From Callorhinchus milii (Eukaryota), in the NCBI RefSeq assembly GCF_018977255.1, contig NW_024705482.1:1-40830 (forward strand): DNA of 40,830 nucleotides, written 5' to 3'. The translations under genes and the position numbers were made by a program. The notes beneath the pieces are model-generated. The model was given only the letters and a program-made list of their open reading frames with translations. It was not told where the DNA came from and did not search any database. Positions 11,981-23,017 of the stretch are shown here, piece by piece. Numbering within the stretch: the stretch's first letter is position 1; every line of letters begins with the position of its first letter.

Positions 11981-12131
11981 GTTTTGAATCCAGGGAATGT
12001 AGCAGATATACGAGTGAAGACTGTAGGCTTATAGTAATTTTGACAACTCCATTTTGATATAAATGTAACAACGCCATGCACAACCATGAATTGCCACTCT
12101 TCAGACATAGTAGCGGTCCACCCCAATCACG
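11981..12131 (-). CDS. Exon (CELA exon-7 equivalent) of gene A; Ser195 replaced by Trp; two apparent 1-bp deletions
   Basis: AAG acceptor after a pyrimidine tract, GTAAGC donor. Reads RDWGGPLLCLKSGNSW / VHGVVTFISKWSCQNYYKPTVFTRISA / YIPWIQN; 151 nt, two short of an in-frame 153. Confidence 0.85.
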
Positions 12132-12373
12132 CTTTGAACGAACAGAAAAGTCATTGTTAAACCATTATCCTTAACCACAACTGAAGTTATGAGTAGACAA
12201 AATTCTTTACATCTGTCAGACTGTCAAATACTGTACTGTGTGAAATATCTTTATGCACTTTGAGCAGAGTAATCCATGCACTGTACAACTTGGGCACATT
12301 ATTCCTAAACACACTTTCACCACAAATCAGTAAATTGTTTCCAAATTGTGACTCAAACAAGAAATATTCTTAC

Positions 12374-12516
12374 TTGGCATGCACCGCTTGATTCATCACC
12401 AGCACATATTATGTTTGCAGGTAATGTAGAATCCCAAAATGCTTTTGTGTTGCAGGTGATATCGTCAATCACTGGTAGGTTGGCTTGCTGGAGTGTGCTG
12501 GTCAATGAACCATTGA
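12374..12516 (-). CDS. Exon (CELA exon-6 equivalent) of elastase-like gene A
   Basis: CAG acceptor (12517-12519), GTAAG donor, 143 nt, phase 1/0. Reads xNGSLTSTLQQANLPVIDDITCNTKAFWDSTLPANIICAGDESSGACQ, matching elastase LQQAxLPxVD...C...WG...CAG...CQ. Confidence 0.92.
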
Positions 12517-13125
12517 CTGAAATATATCGGGAAAATTACAAATAAAACTCAGTCACAACCCTTTTACAATATATAATTCATAGGTATATTGTACAGTATG
12601 CAGTCGAGTCACAAAACGTTTTCATTTTAAAAAATCAGCATTCAACGAGACGCTGCACCAAACACGACAACGCATTCTAAGTTAAGGGAGGCGCAAGGGA
12701 ATTCTACCACGATGTGAAATCTCATCTGCAACAGCATTGTGCACAGTTACGAATGTCCTCATAGGTGCACACCGCTGCAGGGTTTTCGAAAATCTGCAGC
12801 AGTGTCCACAAAGTCAACACACAACAGATTAATGCAGGTGACCCCTCAACGCCTGGCCGTTGGTTATGTTGTCAGATCCTGCAACCGTTGTACAGTTACC
12901 AGTTGACCTCCAGAGACAACACCTTGGTCACCCACCTTTCGGTGTCCACTTTAGTGCCTCTCTTGATAGTCTGCCCTTCATCCTGGTACAAATGTAATTA
13001 ACCATGGAAGGATGATAGTAATGTTAACGAGGCCGGTTTTGGACGGTGTTACCACAATAATTTCTACAAACATCTAGAGCAATCCCTCGCCAACCGCGGA
13101 TTTGTAAACCGCGGTTTATTACTTG

Positions 13126-13738
13126 TGTAGTGGTGATAACTGCTCGCGGTTCGCAAGCTGTGAGAGAGCAGTTGGTAAACAAGGTTTTCCCGCTCAATCA
13201 AACAGTTAGGGTCAAATGGGGTGAGGTAGGATCCAAACGCCAGATTGGGAAGAACCAATCGGAGGGGTCCAAGAGGTGGCCGGGGATTGGTTAACCCGGC
13301 CACGAACAGGTATAAAAGCTGGAGCGCTGAGAGCTCTTGGGGTTCTGCTACACGAAGACCCAAGTCGGCTGAAGACAGCTAGGACCCTGGACCAAGCCTT
13401 CCAGCCCTTTCAGGGCTGGGGCTCAGTGTAACCAGTGGTCAGGGGAGATAGGTCCTGGATAGGACCCTGGCTCCCAGCCTTCCGCCCTTGTGAGGGCGAA
13501 GGTCTCGAGCAACCAGAGGTCGGGGACCCGCTGGGCCAGCGGCGGGTCAGTGTGCCTCCCTAGGTCCCAGCCGGAGGACGCTAGGCTAGCGGGAGAGATA
13601 GCCGGCAAGTCCGGAGTCTGTAGCTCCTCAGGAAAGCGGGTACGGGGACCGTATATCCCTTGTGTTAGGCATAGCAAGTATTGGTGAATAAAAGCGTGTG
13701 GCCTCTAAGAAGTCTCCGTCTCCTTCAAGAACATTACA
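13126..13738 (+). repeat. 5' LTR of Gypsy 1
   Basis: TGTAGTG...CATTACA; TATAAAA 13311-13317; AATAAA 13687-13692; direct repeat of 20921-21532. Confidence 0.95.
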
Positions 13739-13761
13739 GAGTGGCCAAGAACTTCGCCTAC

Positions 13762-16700
13762 ATGGAGACCAGACAGAAGGCACTCACCAGGGCCTCGGAC
13801 AAGGAGGTCGATGCCGACGCTGATCCAGAGGCGGGAGCGCCATTTCCGGGGGACGGGTCCGCAGCGGCGGGCTCGCATTCTCGGGCCCATCAGGGAGTCC
13901 GCCATCGCCGGGATGGCGATCCAGTCGGCCCACGCTCGGCTGGCCGATCTCCTGCATGCCGCTGCCTCCATCCTCGACGAGCTCACACTGGGGGGAGCGG
14001 GGGCTGCGAGGGGAGGACCAGGCCGGAGATTGGGGGCCGAGTCCGCCGAAAACACGGGATTCCCGCGCAGGGTGTTGACGTCATCTCCAGCCGGGGATAC
14101 GTCACTGCCGCCGGAAGTGCTGCAGCCGGGAGCGATGTCACTTCCGCCGGGGGTTTCGACACTTCCGCAGGAAATGACGTCAGCTGCCCCGGAAGTCACG
14201 TGGACCAGGGGTCACGCGTCACTTCCGGTCCTGGAGGCCTCCTACGCGAGGCTGTCGCGTCTGCAGAGATGGGGCCGCCGCTGCTGCAGGACATTTTATC
14301 ATCTGACGGCGCTACAAACGCCACGCTCGGGCCGCAGCTCGCCTCGGGGGAGACTACGTTCCTGGACTGCAACAGCGCTTGCCGTCTCTACAAGTCTTCA
14401 CGGCTAAAGGTGGAGACTGGGCAGCGTTTGCCCGACGATTTGTGGCAAATGCGGAGACGGCAGGGTGGACTGCGGACATCGCTCTCCGAGCCTTGCCTTC
14501 CGCACTGGACGACGTCGCTCTGGCCACGTTCCTCCTCATCCCACGGAAGGCTCGCTCCACGCTACAAGATGCCCTCGATCGGATGGCCTTGGTGTACGGG
14601 CCTCCATCAGAAACCAGGCATCGCTTCGCGAGTCGGAGGAGGGAGGCTGACGAGACACCCCTCGCCTACCAGAGTGCGCTGATGGCACTGGCTCAAGCGG
14701 CCTACCCTCGAATGGACGACGTGGGCCTTGACTCCATTGTGCTGGAGAAGATGTTGCTGCTGGCTCGGGAGTTGCGGATCGCCGTTCACGTCAAGGACGA
14801 GGCGAATCTCTCCTCACTGGGCGCTGCCCAGTATCTACATACGGAGCTGCTCCTCCAGCGAGACGGGCAGGTGGCGGCGTGTGCTACGCGCGCGGCTGCG
14901 CGGGAAGACGAGGTCCTGGATAACCAGGCCTTCGCATCGCAGCACGCCGCAAGCTGGAGAGCGGCCGACCGGCCTCACCAGGGGGAGCCCCGGCGGAGAC
15001 ACGACTCCCCGCGGGCATGGGCCGTGTCACATGCTACAATTGCGGCCAGCAGGGTCACCTGGCATCGGGCTGCCCAGCTCCTCGACGCCGTGCTCCGGGT
15101 CGCCCGCCATCGTCCGCCCGCTCGCCTGCCGCTCCACAAGAACCGCAGGCATGTCGCGACACCTCACGCATCGGTCCCTGCCCTCATCTCATACACCGCG
15201 TTTCCGTGCACCACTCCGTCGCGTTGGTTGAGTGGTCAGAGCCGGGATGGGGTTGACGTTCGGCAGCCACTCCGACCAGTTCAGTGGTCGGAGTTGGCCC
15301 ACAGGGTTGTCGCTGCGGCTACGGGCTCTTCAGTTATTATCGGCGCCATCGAGGGGGTTGATTTTCGATTGTTGGTTGATACGGGCGCTTCAGCTACTAT
15401 AATTTCGGACCTCATATACAATGTGCTGCCCCAGAATGTCAGGCGCTCGCACCAGTTTCCGTCCCTTGCTTTGCAGCGAATGGGGGTTCCTTGGGAATTA
15501 TTGGGCAAATAACGGCACAAATTTGTATTGGCGATATTAAATTAACGGGTCCCATTTTGGTTTCTGAGACCCTTGCCGTTCCCTGTTTGCTGGCACGGAC
15601 TTCCTCGGCAAAATGCCCATTAAAATTTTAATCGACAAGGCTGCATTGAGCTCCCTTCGGGCCGCCGGATGTCGTTCCTGCCTTCGCCCACCGGGCTACG
15701 CACGGCTTGCGCGACTGTTCCGGCTATGGCGTCCCAAACCGTTCGAATTCCGCCGGGCGCGCAAATGTTATTCCGCTTCGGTTACGGAAACCGCTCGGGG
15801 GAAACAATGTCGGGTATTTTGCTGGCTCCTTCCAATACGGCCGTACGGGGGTTGGAGCTGGTGGGAGCACAAACACTTGTGCCTGCTGAGGGACAACCTT
15901 CATTCAGGTGTTGAATGCAGGGTTGCGGACAAAGGTCGTGCACCAGGGGGCTGTGATTGCCCATGCATCGTTGCCACTCCACACTGACTCCGTCGTGGCT
16001 CATGTAGATGATACGTCAGGGTCCGAGGCGCAGTCTGATACCGATGAGGGTTGGATGGATTCTCTCTGTTCAGGGGCTGAAAATCTTTCCGAGTCCCAGC
16101 GATTGAAATTGCGTATGTTACTCCGTGAATTCCCCGATGTTTTTAGTAAGCACAAATTTGATGTCGGGTGCACTAATCTATTGAAACACCACATTGATAC
16201 GGGCGATTCCGCTCCCATTCGGCAAAATCCGTTTCGGTTGAGCCCGGCAGAGAAAGAACATGTCCGGTTGGCAGTGAACGACATGCTTGCCGCGGACATT
16301 GTGGCTCCCTCCAACAGCCCATGGGGTGCACCGATTGTGCTCGTGAAGAAGCATGATGGCAGTTTGAGATTTTGTGTGGATTTTTGAAAACTTAACAAAG
16401 TTTCGCTGGCGGACGCGTATCCGCTTCCTCGCATGGACGAGTCACTCGATGCCTTGGCGGGGGCGCGGTACTTTTCCACCTTGGACCTTTTATCTGGATT
16501 TTGGCAACTGCCCTTGGATGAGGCATCTAAACCGAAGACCGCGTTCCGTACGCCACAGGGCCTTTATCAATTTAATCGGTTACCCATGGGATTGCACTCA
16601 GCTCCGGCGACGTTCCAGAGATTGATGGAGCTGGTCCTCGCTGGGCTGCAGTGGGACTCATGTCTCATCTATTTGGACGACGTAATTATTTTCAGCCGCA

Positions 16701-19090
16701 CGTTTGAGGAACATTTGGAGAGATTGAGGGCTGTGTTTGTTAGGATGCGGACCGCTAACCTTAAATTCAAGCCTCAGAAGTGTTTCCTATTGCGGGAATC
16801 GGTGCGGTACCTCGGGCACATTGTCAGTCGTACGGGCATAGCCACCGACCCCGCCAAAACTGATTGTGTAAGGACGTGGCCAACACCCACGTCTGTAGGG
16901 AAGTCCGCAGCTTTATAGGCTTCGCGTCCTATTACCGCCGGTTTGTTGAGGGGTTTGCGACGATCGCGAAACCTCTTCATGCTTTAACGGCTAAGGGGGC
17001 CAAGTTCCATTGGGGGGATGCAGAGGACGGGGCGTTCAAGGCGCTTCGCGATGCCCTCGTCAGGGCCCCTCCCTTGTGCTACCCGATTTCACATTGCCCT
17101 TTATCCTGGACACTGACGCCAGCAATACCGGCATTGGCGCAGTGCTCTCGCAGGTCGTGGACGGGGTCGAACGCGTCGTTGCCTACGGCAGTAGGGTGCT
17201 GTCTCCGGCGGAACAACGTTATTGCGTTACTCGCCGGGAACTGCTCGCTATTGTCGTGTTTATACAACAATATCGTCCGTACCTGTACGGCAGGCATTTT
17301 ACGGTTCGTTCCGATCATGCGGCACTGCAGTATGCGCTAAAAATAGACCAGCCATCTGGCCAGTTGTCACGATGGCTCGAGGTCTTACAGGACTACACGT
17401 TCACGGTAACATACCGGAAGGGCACGCGACATTCAAACGCTGATGGCCTATCGCGCCTTCCTCCGGGTGATGGTTGTGCGTGTTTTATGGGCTCTGGGAG
17501 ATGCAAGTCGGCCACGGTGCCTACACCAGCTTCTCCCATTGTGGCGGCGGCAGGGGTGGTCGACGAGGAGCCTGTCCCCATTGTTGACTCGCAGGAGTTG
17601 GTCGCTCGCGACTCGCTGCTCGACCTGCCCCTGGATGAATGGGGACGGTTTCAGATGGAGGACGTTTCCCTCCTTAGGTTACGCCGTCGTGCTGAGCATG
17701 GGAGAAATTGCCAGGAGGGTATTGGAACTGTCGTGTTGCGTGATGGTCTCCTCATGTCATGGGACGCCAGCTCGCGGCGCTATAAAATCGTCGTCCCCAC
17801 CGCTCTGCGGGGCAGGGCCGTGTGGGCGGCGCACGAACGCATCCTGCATTTGGGCATTCACAAAACGCTCGCCACACTGCAATTGGATTTTTTTTGGCCT
17901 GGAATGGCGCGCGATGTCGCCGACCTGTTAAATAGTTGTACGCAGTGTGCGCGGCGGAAACACCCGGCTAGGGCGGCCTGCCCGCCCCTTCAGTCGATTC
18001 GGGTGTCCCGGGTCAACGAGCTGGTGGCACTTGACATTCTGGGTCCTTTTCCTGTCACCGCTCGGGGTAATAAGTACCTACTGGTTGGGGTTGAGTATTT
18101 CACCCGTTGGCCTATGGCCTGGCCCCTCCCCAACCAGTCGGCGGCAGCCATTGCGGAGGCGTTCCTCCAGGGCTATGTTCTGGATAAGGGCGCCCCGGAA
18201 CGGCTGCTGACCGACCAGGGAAAAAACTTCTCATCTAACCTTCTGCGGGAGGTCTGTGACCTTCTGGGTACGCAGAAGGTGCGAACTTCCCCCTACCACC
18301 CGCAGACCGATGGTATGGTCGAGCGTCTGCACCGTACTATTACTTCGATGTTGTGCCATCAGGTGAATGAGGCACAGTTGGATTGGGACCTGCGTATACC
18401 TGGGGTTCTGGCCGCATATCGTTTGGCACCTCATGCGGCCACGGGCTATTCGCCCTTCTACTTAATGTACGGCAGGGAAGTAGACCCCCCCATGGAGGCG
18501 CAATTGCAGGTCAAGGCTGCTGTGTCGCGCTCGAAACTGTCTGACCACGTTCAATTTAACATTCGGAAAATTCCGGGGTGAGGCAACGGGCGAATGAGCG
18601 TCTGTATGATCGCCGGGTTTCGGTACACAAATGGTCCATAGGGGATAAGGCGTGGCTGCACTGTCCCCAGGTACCGCTGTCAACGTCGTCTAAGTTGCTA
18701 AGACCCTGGCGAGGTCCGGTGGACATTGTTCGGGTCGTTTGGGACCAGTGTGTTAGGGTCGCGTGCGGACGGCGCTCGTGGTACGTTCACCCATCGCGCC
18801 TGAAACCCTATGTCGCACCGCACACTCACACATCTTCATCTCGCAGGGGCCGTTCGCGTGATGTGTCCGGCACGCCGAGGGAGGGTTCTTTTGATCCTGG
18901 TGTTGCTCCGCACCCTCCTGCCGCTCCTTCGGATGTTGCAGGTGTGAGTCCACCAAGGGTGGCCTCACCGAAGGATCAGGGAGCTGCCCGACCGCCTGGC
19001 CTGCAGGAAGACGGCTCTCCGCAGGGAACGCTGAACTCTTCCGATAGACCTGCCACACGGACTCGCTCGAAGTGTCCCAGGTTCTCTTGA
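13762..19090 (+). pseudogene. Gypsy gag-pol polyprotein, disrupted by many frameshifts and at least one stop
   Basis: Capsid-like GDWAAFARRF, CCHC knuckle CYNCGQQGHLASGC (~15030), protease LLVDTGAS (~15370), RT LRFCVDF and YLDD (~16670), RNase H ILDTDASNTGIGAVL, integrase HHCC and D-D-E (LDILGP, TDQG, MVERL), GPY/F-like RPWRGP. TGA at 16385-16387 is probably CGA decay. Confidence 0.93.
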
Positions 19091-19312
19091 GACCTGATCC
19101 GACGCATACACACCGCCCCTCCTCCCTGGGCCCCTGGCGTTCGGTGGGGGGTGCGGGCGTGCTGTTGACCCAGGTCCTTGGTGTGGTGTCCACAGTGTTC
19201 ATATGTACAGGCGGGTTGGGGTAAATTATTGTGGGTTCATCTTCTTGGTTCTTTCAGTAAAGTCACGTAGAAGGGAAGTAATAAAATAATAAAAATAAAC
19301 ATAATAAAATAA

Positions 19313-19361
19313 TTCTCACGACGTTTCGGCCACAACGCAAGCAGCCGTCCTCAGGTGAAAA
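19313..19361 (-). ncRNA. Minimal type I hammerhead ribozyme
   Basis: Minus strand: TTTTCAC-CTGAGGA-C-GGCTGC-TTGCGTT-GTGGCC-GAAA-CGTC-GTGAGAA; 7-bp stem I, 6-bp stem II with G-U pairs. Confidence 0.85.
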
Positions 19362-20591
19362 CCAGGTCTGTCGGGGAGACAGCGTCTGAATGAAACAGCA
19401 CACGAGCTTGGAGCATATATATAAGCTGGGTTGGAAGGGGGGGAAAGGGCGCTTCGACAAAATAATTTGCATATCAAGAGGAATTTAGCATATTCATGGG
19501 AAATGCAGGAATGTGATTAGTACTACATATGCCTGTGCATTATGCAGGACGAGCAGCATCAAAGGGAGGGGATATGGGAAATGCAGGTATGTGAATTGTA
19601 CTAATTATGCCCGTGCATTATGCAGGATTAGCAGTATCAAAGGGAGGGGATAGGGTAGCATTAATAAAGGGAAGGAGTGTTAATAGTATGTAGCTGCAGT
19701 AACTAAAACCAACACTTAATAAACCATTTCGGATCTTAACTGATTGTGTTCACGTTTACGGTGACTTTCAGACCGCGTTCCACTCACTGGCATTGTATTC
19801 TCCGCAGGAAATGGATTCTTTGCTCCGCTGCAAGTTTCCTCCCACTTCTCACCCATTGACAAAACGGTCAATGGTACAGTGTATAATAACAAATAGTATA
19901 ACATTTATATGCTTAATACAATACTCAAAGTAATATATACTATCGTAATTGTATAGTGAATAAATATCAGTGTGATATACATTAGGGTGGGTAGAATAAT
20001 ACATAGTGTAATATTACAATGTATTATGTATTATACATAGTATAGTATAGTAATGCAGTATATAATTTAACGTTGGTTTGTCTATGGCAGTATATAGTAC
20101 GGTGTAGACTCGTGTGATGTAAGAGAATAAAGTTGAGATGGAAGCATATTATATAATTTTTACGACGTAGAATTGTAATGTATTACTTACTGTTAGTAAC
20201 TCAGCTTATTGTAGAATATATTAGTATACTGATGATACTATTTAGTTTATACTTTAGTTGTTTACGTGTTGGTTTTAGTTACTGCAGCTACATACTATTA
20301 ACACTCCTTCCCTTTATTAATGTTACCCCTATCCTCCCTTTGATGCTGCTAATCCTGCATAATGCACGGGCATAATTAGTAGTATTCACATACCTGCATT
20401 TCCCATATCCCTCCCTTTGATGCTGCTAGTCCTGCATAATGCACGGGCATATGTAGTACTAATCACATTCCTGCATTTCCCATAAATATGCTAAATTCCT
20501 CTTGATATGCAAATTATTTGTCGAAGCGCCCTTTCCACCCTTCCAACCCAGCTTATATATATTCTCCAAGCTCGTCTCCCGACAGACCTGG

Positions 20592-20640
20592 TTTTCACCT
20601 GAGGACGGATGCTTGCGTTGTGGCCGAAACGTCGTGAAAA
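20592..20640 (+). ncRNA. Minimal type I hammerhead ribozyme
   Basis: TTTTCAC-CTGAGGA-C-GGATGC-TTGCGTT-GTGGCC-GAAA-CGTC-GTGAAAA; perfect 7-bp stem I; palindromic ACGT in place of helix III; TATA-like TATATAT about 40 nt upstream. Confidence 0.85.
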
Positions 20641-20920
20641 TTATTTTATTATGTTTTATTTTTATTATTTTATTACTTCCCTTCTACGTGACTTTACCGA
20701 AAGAACCAAGAAGATGAATCCCTGCAGTCACGAAAGCTTTAAATCGAAATTTATTGTGGGTTGTTGTTGTTTTGTTGTTGTTGTTACTCTTGCGTTGAGG
20801 CTCACGCATTGTTTTTTTTTACTCTTCACGCTTCCGAATTCCTGTTCCTTGTATTATTGTTGGGGTTGTGAATTGTGTTGCAGCCGGACGGCTGCATGCT
20901 GTACAGGGGGGGGGGGGTGA

Positions 20921-21532
20921 TGTAGTGGTGATAACTACTCGCTGTTCGCAAGCTGTGAGAGAGCAGTTAGTAAACAAGGGTTTCCCACTCAATCAAACAG
21001 TAAGGGTCAAATGGGGTGAAGTAGGATCCAAATGCCAGATTGGGAAGAACCAATCGGAGGGTCCAAGAGGTGCCGGGGATTGGTTAACCCGGCCACGAAC
21101 AGGTATATAAGCCGGAGCGCTGAGAGTTCCGGGAGGTTCTACTACACGAACACCCAAGTCGGCTGAAGACAGCTAGGACCCTGGACCAAGCCTTCCAGCC
21201 CTTGTCAGGGCTGGGGCTCAGAGTAACCAGTGGTCAGGGGAGATAGTCCTGGATAGGACCCTGGCTCCCAGCCTTCCCGCCCTTGTGAGGGCGAGGTCCT
21301 GAGCGACCAGAGGTCGGGAACCCGCCGGGCCAGTGGCGGGTCAGTGTGCCTCCCTAGGTCCCAGCCGGAGGACACTAGGCTAGCGGGGAAGATAGCCGCA
21401 AGTCCGGAGTCTGTAGCATCATCAGGATAACGGGTAAGGGGACCGTATACCCCTTGTGTTAGGTGTAGCAAATATTGGTGAATAAAAGCGCGTGGCCTCT
21501 AAGAAGTCTCCGTCTCCTTCAAGAACGTTACA
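20921..21532 (+). repeat. 3' LTR of Gypsy 1
   Basis: Directly follows the PPT; TGTAGTG...CGTTACA; roughly 93-95% identical to the 5' LTR by eye. Confidence 0.95.
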
Positions 21533-21574
21533 CCTTTTTAATTTTTCTCCTTTTCCTTTTATTACTACTTCATT

Positions 21575-21661
21575 AAATTTCGATTTAAAGCTTTCGTGAC
21601 TGCATGGATTAATATTCTTGGTTCTTTAGGTAACTTGTGACTTTACCGAAAGAACCAAGGA
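21575..21661. mobile_element. Penelope-like family A mini fold-back insertion
   Basis: Tail plus inverted arms CTTGGTTCTTTAGGTAA / TTACCGAAAGAACCAAG; flanks TACTACTTCATT (21563-21574) / TACTACTTAATT (21662-21673). Confidence 0.72.
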
Positions 21662-22057
21662 TACTACTTAATTCTTTAAAAGTATTGATATAGGTTCACA
21701 AATACTAATTACCACAATATTGTAGCTAAAACACCAGAAAATTTGACAAAATCAGCGACTATAAATCACGAGCAGCAACGAACACAACAGTGCGTGCTTG
21801 TAGCGCGTGCAGACGAAACCACGTGAATTGAAGCATCATTTTAGTTGGGAACAATGACAGCTCTGACCAGAGTGCATTAGAAGGTTCAAAATTAAATTAG
21901 CATCGAGTTTTAACCTTGTAGGTATATTAATACAGTCCATGTAAGCTGGGCTTTCGAAAAATGTTTTTGTTGTTATAACTAACTACAGGGGTATTTTGAT
22001 AACAAAAAAAAGAATACATTTCTGCTGAAACACTGCACAAAAATGTTATAGACAGTC

Positions 22058-22123
22058 ATTTTGGTGTCACCCTATCTGATGGTGTCAACCGGCGCGGTCC
22101 GCACTGCACTAGTGACGCCAGTG
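22058..22123. mobile_element. Possible hAT/Tip100-like terminal fragment
   Basis: Subterminal GGTGTCA repeats followed by CTAGTGACGCCAGTG; no partner end located. Confidence 0.35.
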
Positions 22124-22739
22124 ATCGAATGCACGACTTTGTATAAACTAGCTCACTGGTGAGCAAACTGACCACTTCCCTACTCAAGACACAATCAGCA
22201 ATCAGCATTCGTAGCAGTAGGCTATAGCAAAACCAAATGCGACTGGGGAAAAAGAAACACTCCAACAATGTGACACTGTACATTTACGAATAACAGAAGG
22301 ACACATCTTTTGTTCTTTATATTATTGCAAGCTCAAATCTCAAGATTAAGAATCTCAGTTGGTGTTCACTCTTCCATCTTCCCCCCAGGGCCAATAAAGC
22401 GAGAACAAATATGTGGAAGGTCAACAGCAGTTATCATAAGGATTGATATACCCCTGCCATAGGAACATGGAATTTCCGACACTGGCTCAAGGTCACCAAA
22501 AGAGATGTGTCCCATCTTATTCTTGTTTAAGAATTGAATATTTAGATGTGAACTATCTACAATGCAGTTATATAAACATTCACATCACAACTTTACATAA
22601 AAACACATCTTAAATAATGCGTAATAAAATGTAAGGTGGCAATAAAGTTGTGGGCTTTATGATATGCAACCGTGTGCTTACAAATACAGGCATTGCAAAT
22701 ATAACAGGGTAAAGGTGCAACCTTGCAATGTCTTGCTCA

Positions 22740-23017
22740 TTCCAACGCTGGTGAAAAGGCCTCCACTCAAGAGAGCCACCATAGGGGGTATTTGGCCCAC
22801 TCCTCCACAGTGACCATACATATTGGAAGAGGTGGAGAACTTCACCACATGAGACCTGTAGATTGGCTAACTGTGGCATACCCATTTATACCTTTGAGTG
22901 GTCAGAGTGCCAGGAGAATTGAAAAATGTGGCCATTCTTTCAAATGCTGTGCCTGGATACGGCATTGAACCGATGACCTGGATTTCAAGGCCAGCTTTCT
23001 AAACATTACATCAAGGC
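22740..23017 (-). mobile_element. Old tRNA-derived SINE, copy 1
   Basis: Reverse complement aligns with 24251-24520 (GCCTTGATGTAATGTTTAG...GGTATAAATGGGTATGCCACAGTTAG...CAGGTC). Confidence 0.6.

Larger units (their letters stand above)
19238..20750 (+). mobile_element. Penelope-like family A fold-back element nested in the Gypsy 3' UTR
   Basis: Inverted arms ~19238-19715 and ~20266-20717, 550-bp non-coding spacer, ~33-nt unpaired tail, perfect 12-bp TSD TTATTGTGGGTT (19226-19237, 20751-20762), one hammerhead per arm. Confidence 0.88.
13126..21532 (+). mobile_element. Ty3/Gypsy LTR retrotransposon 1, near complete
   Basis: Two ~612-bp TG...CA LTRs, TGG putative PBS at 13742, gag-PR-RT-RNaseH-IN domain order, G-rich PPT at 20906-20920; flanks CTTG / CCTT do not match. 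Confidence 0.97.

Noticed and set aside
13332..13753. Tf1-style self-priming: AGCTCTTGG near the predicted start site pairs with the PBS region CCAAGAACT
   Set aside because: Only 8 of 9 bases, worse in the 3' LTR, and the PBS starts with TGG as expected for tRNA priming; the primer tRNA could not be identified.
22610..22885. ORF containing QDIARLHL as a candidate protease exon 5
   Set aside because: Overlaps a SINE copy; no CLP or GWG motif and no suitable splice sites.
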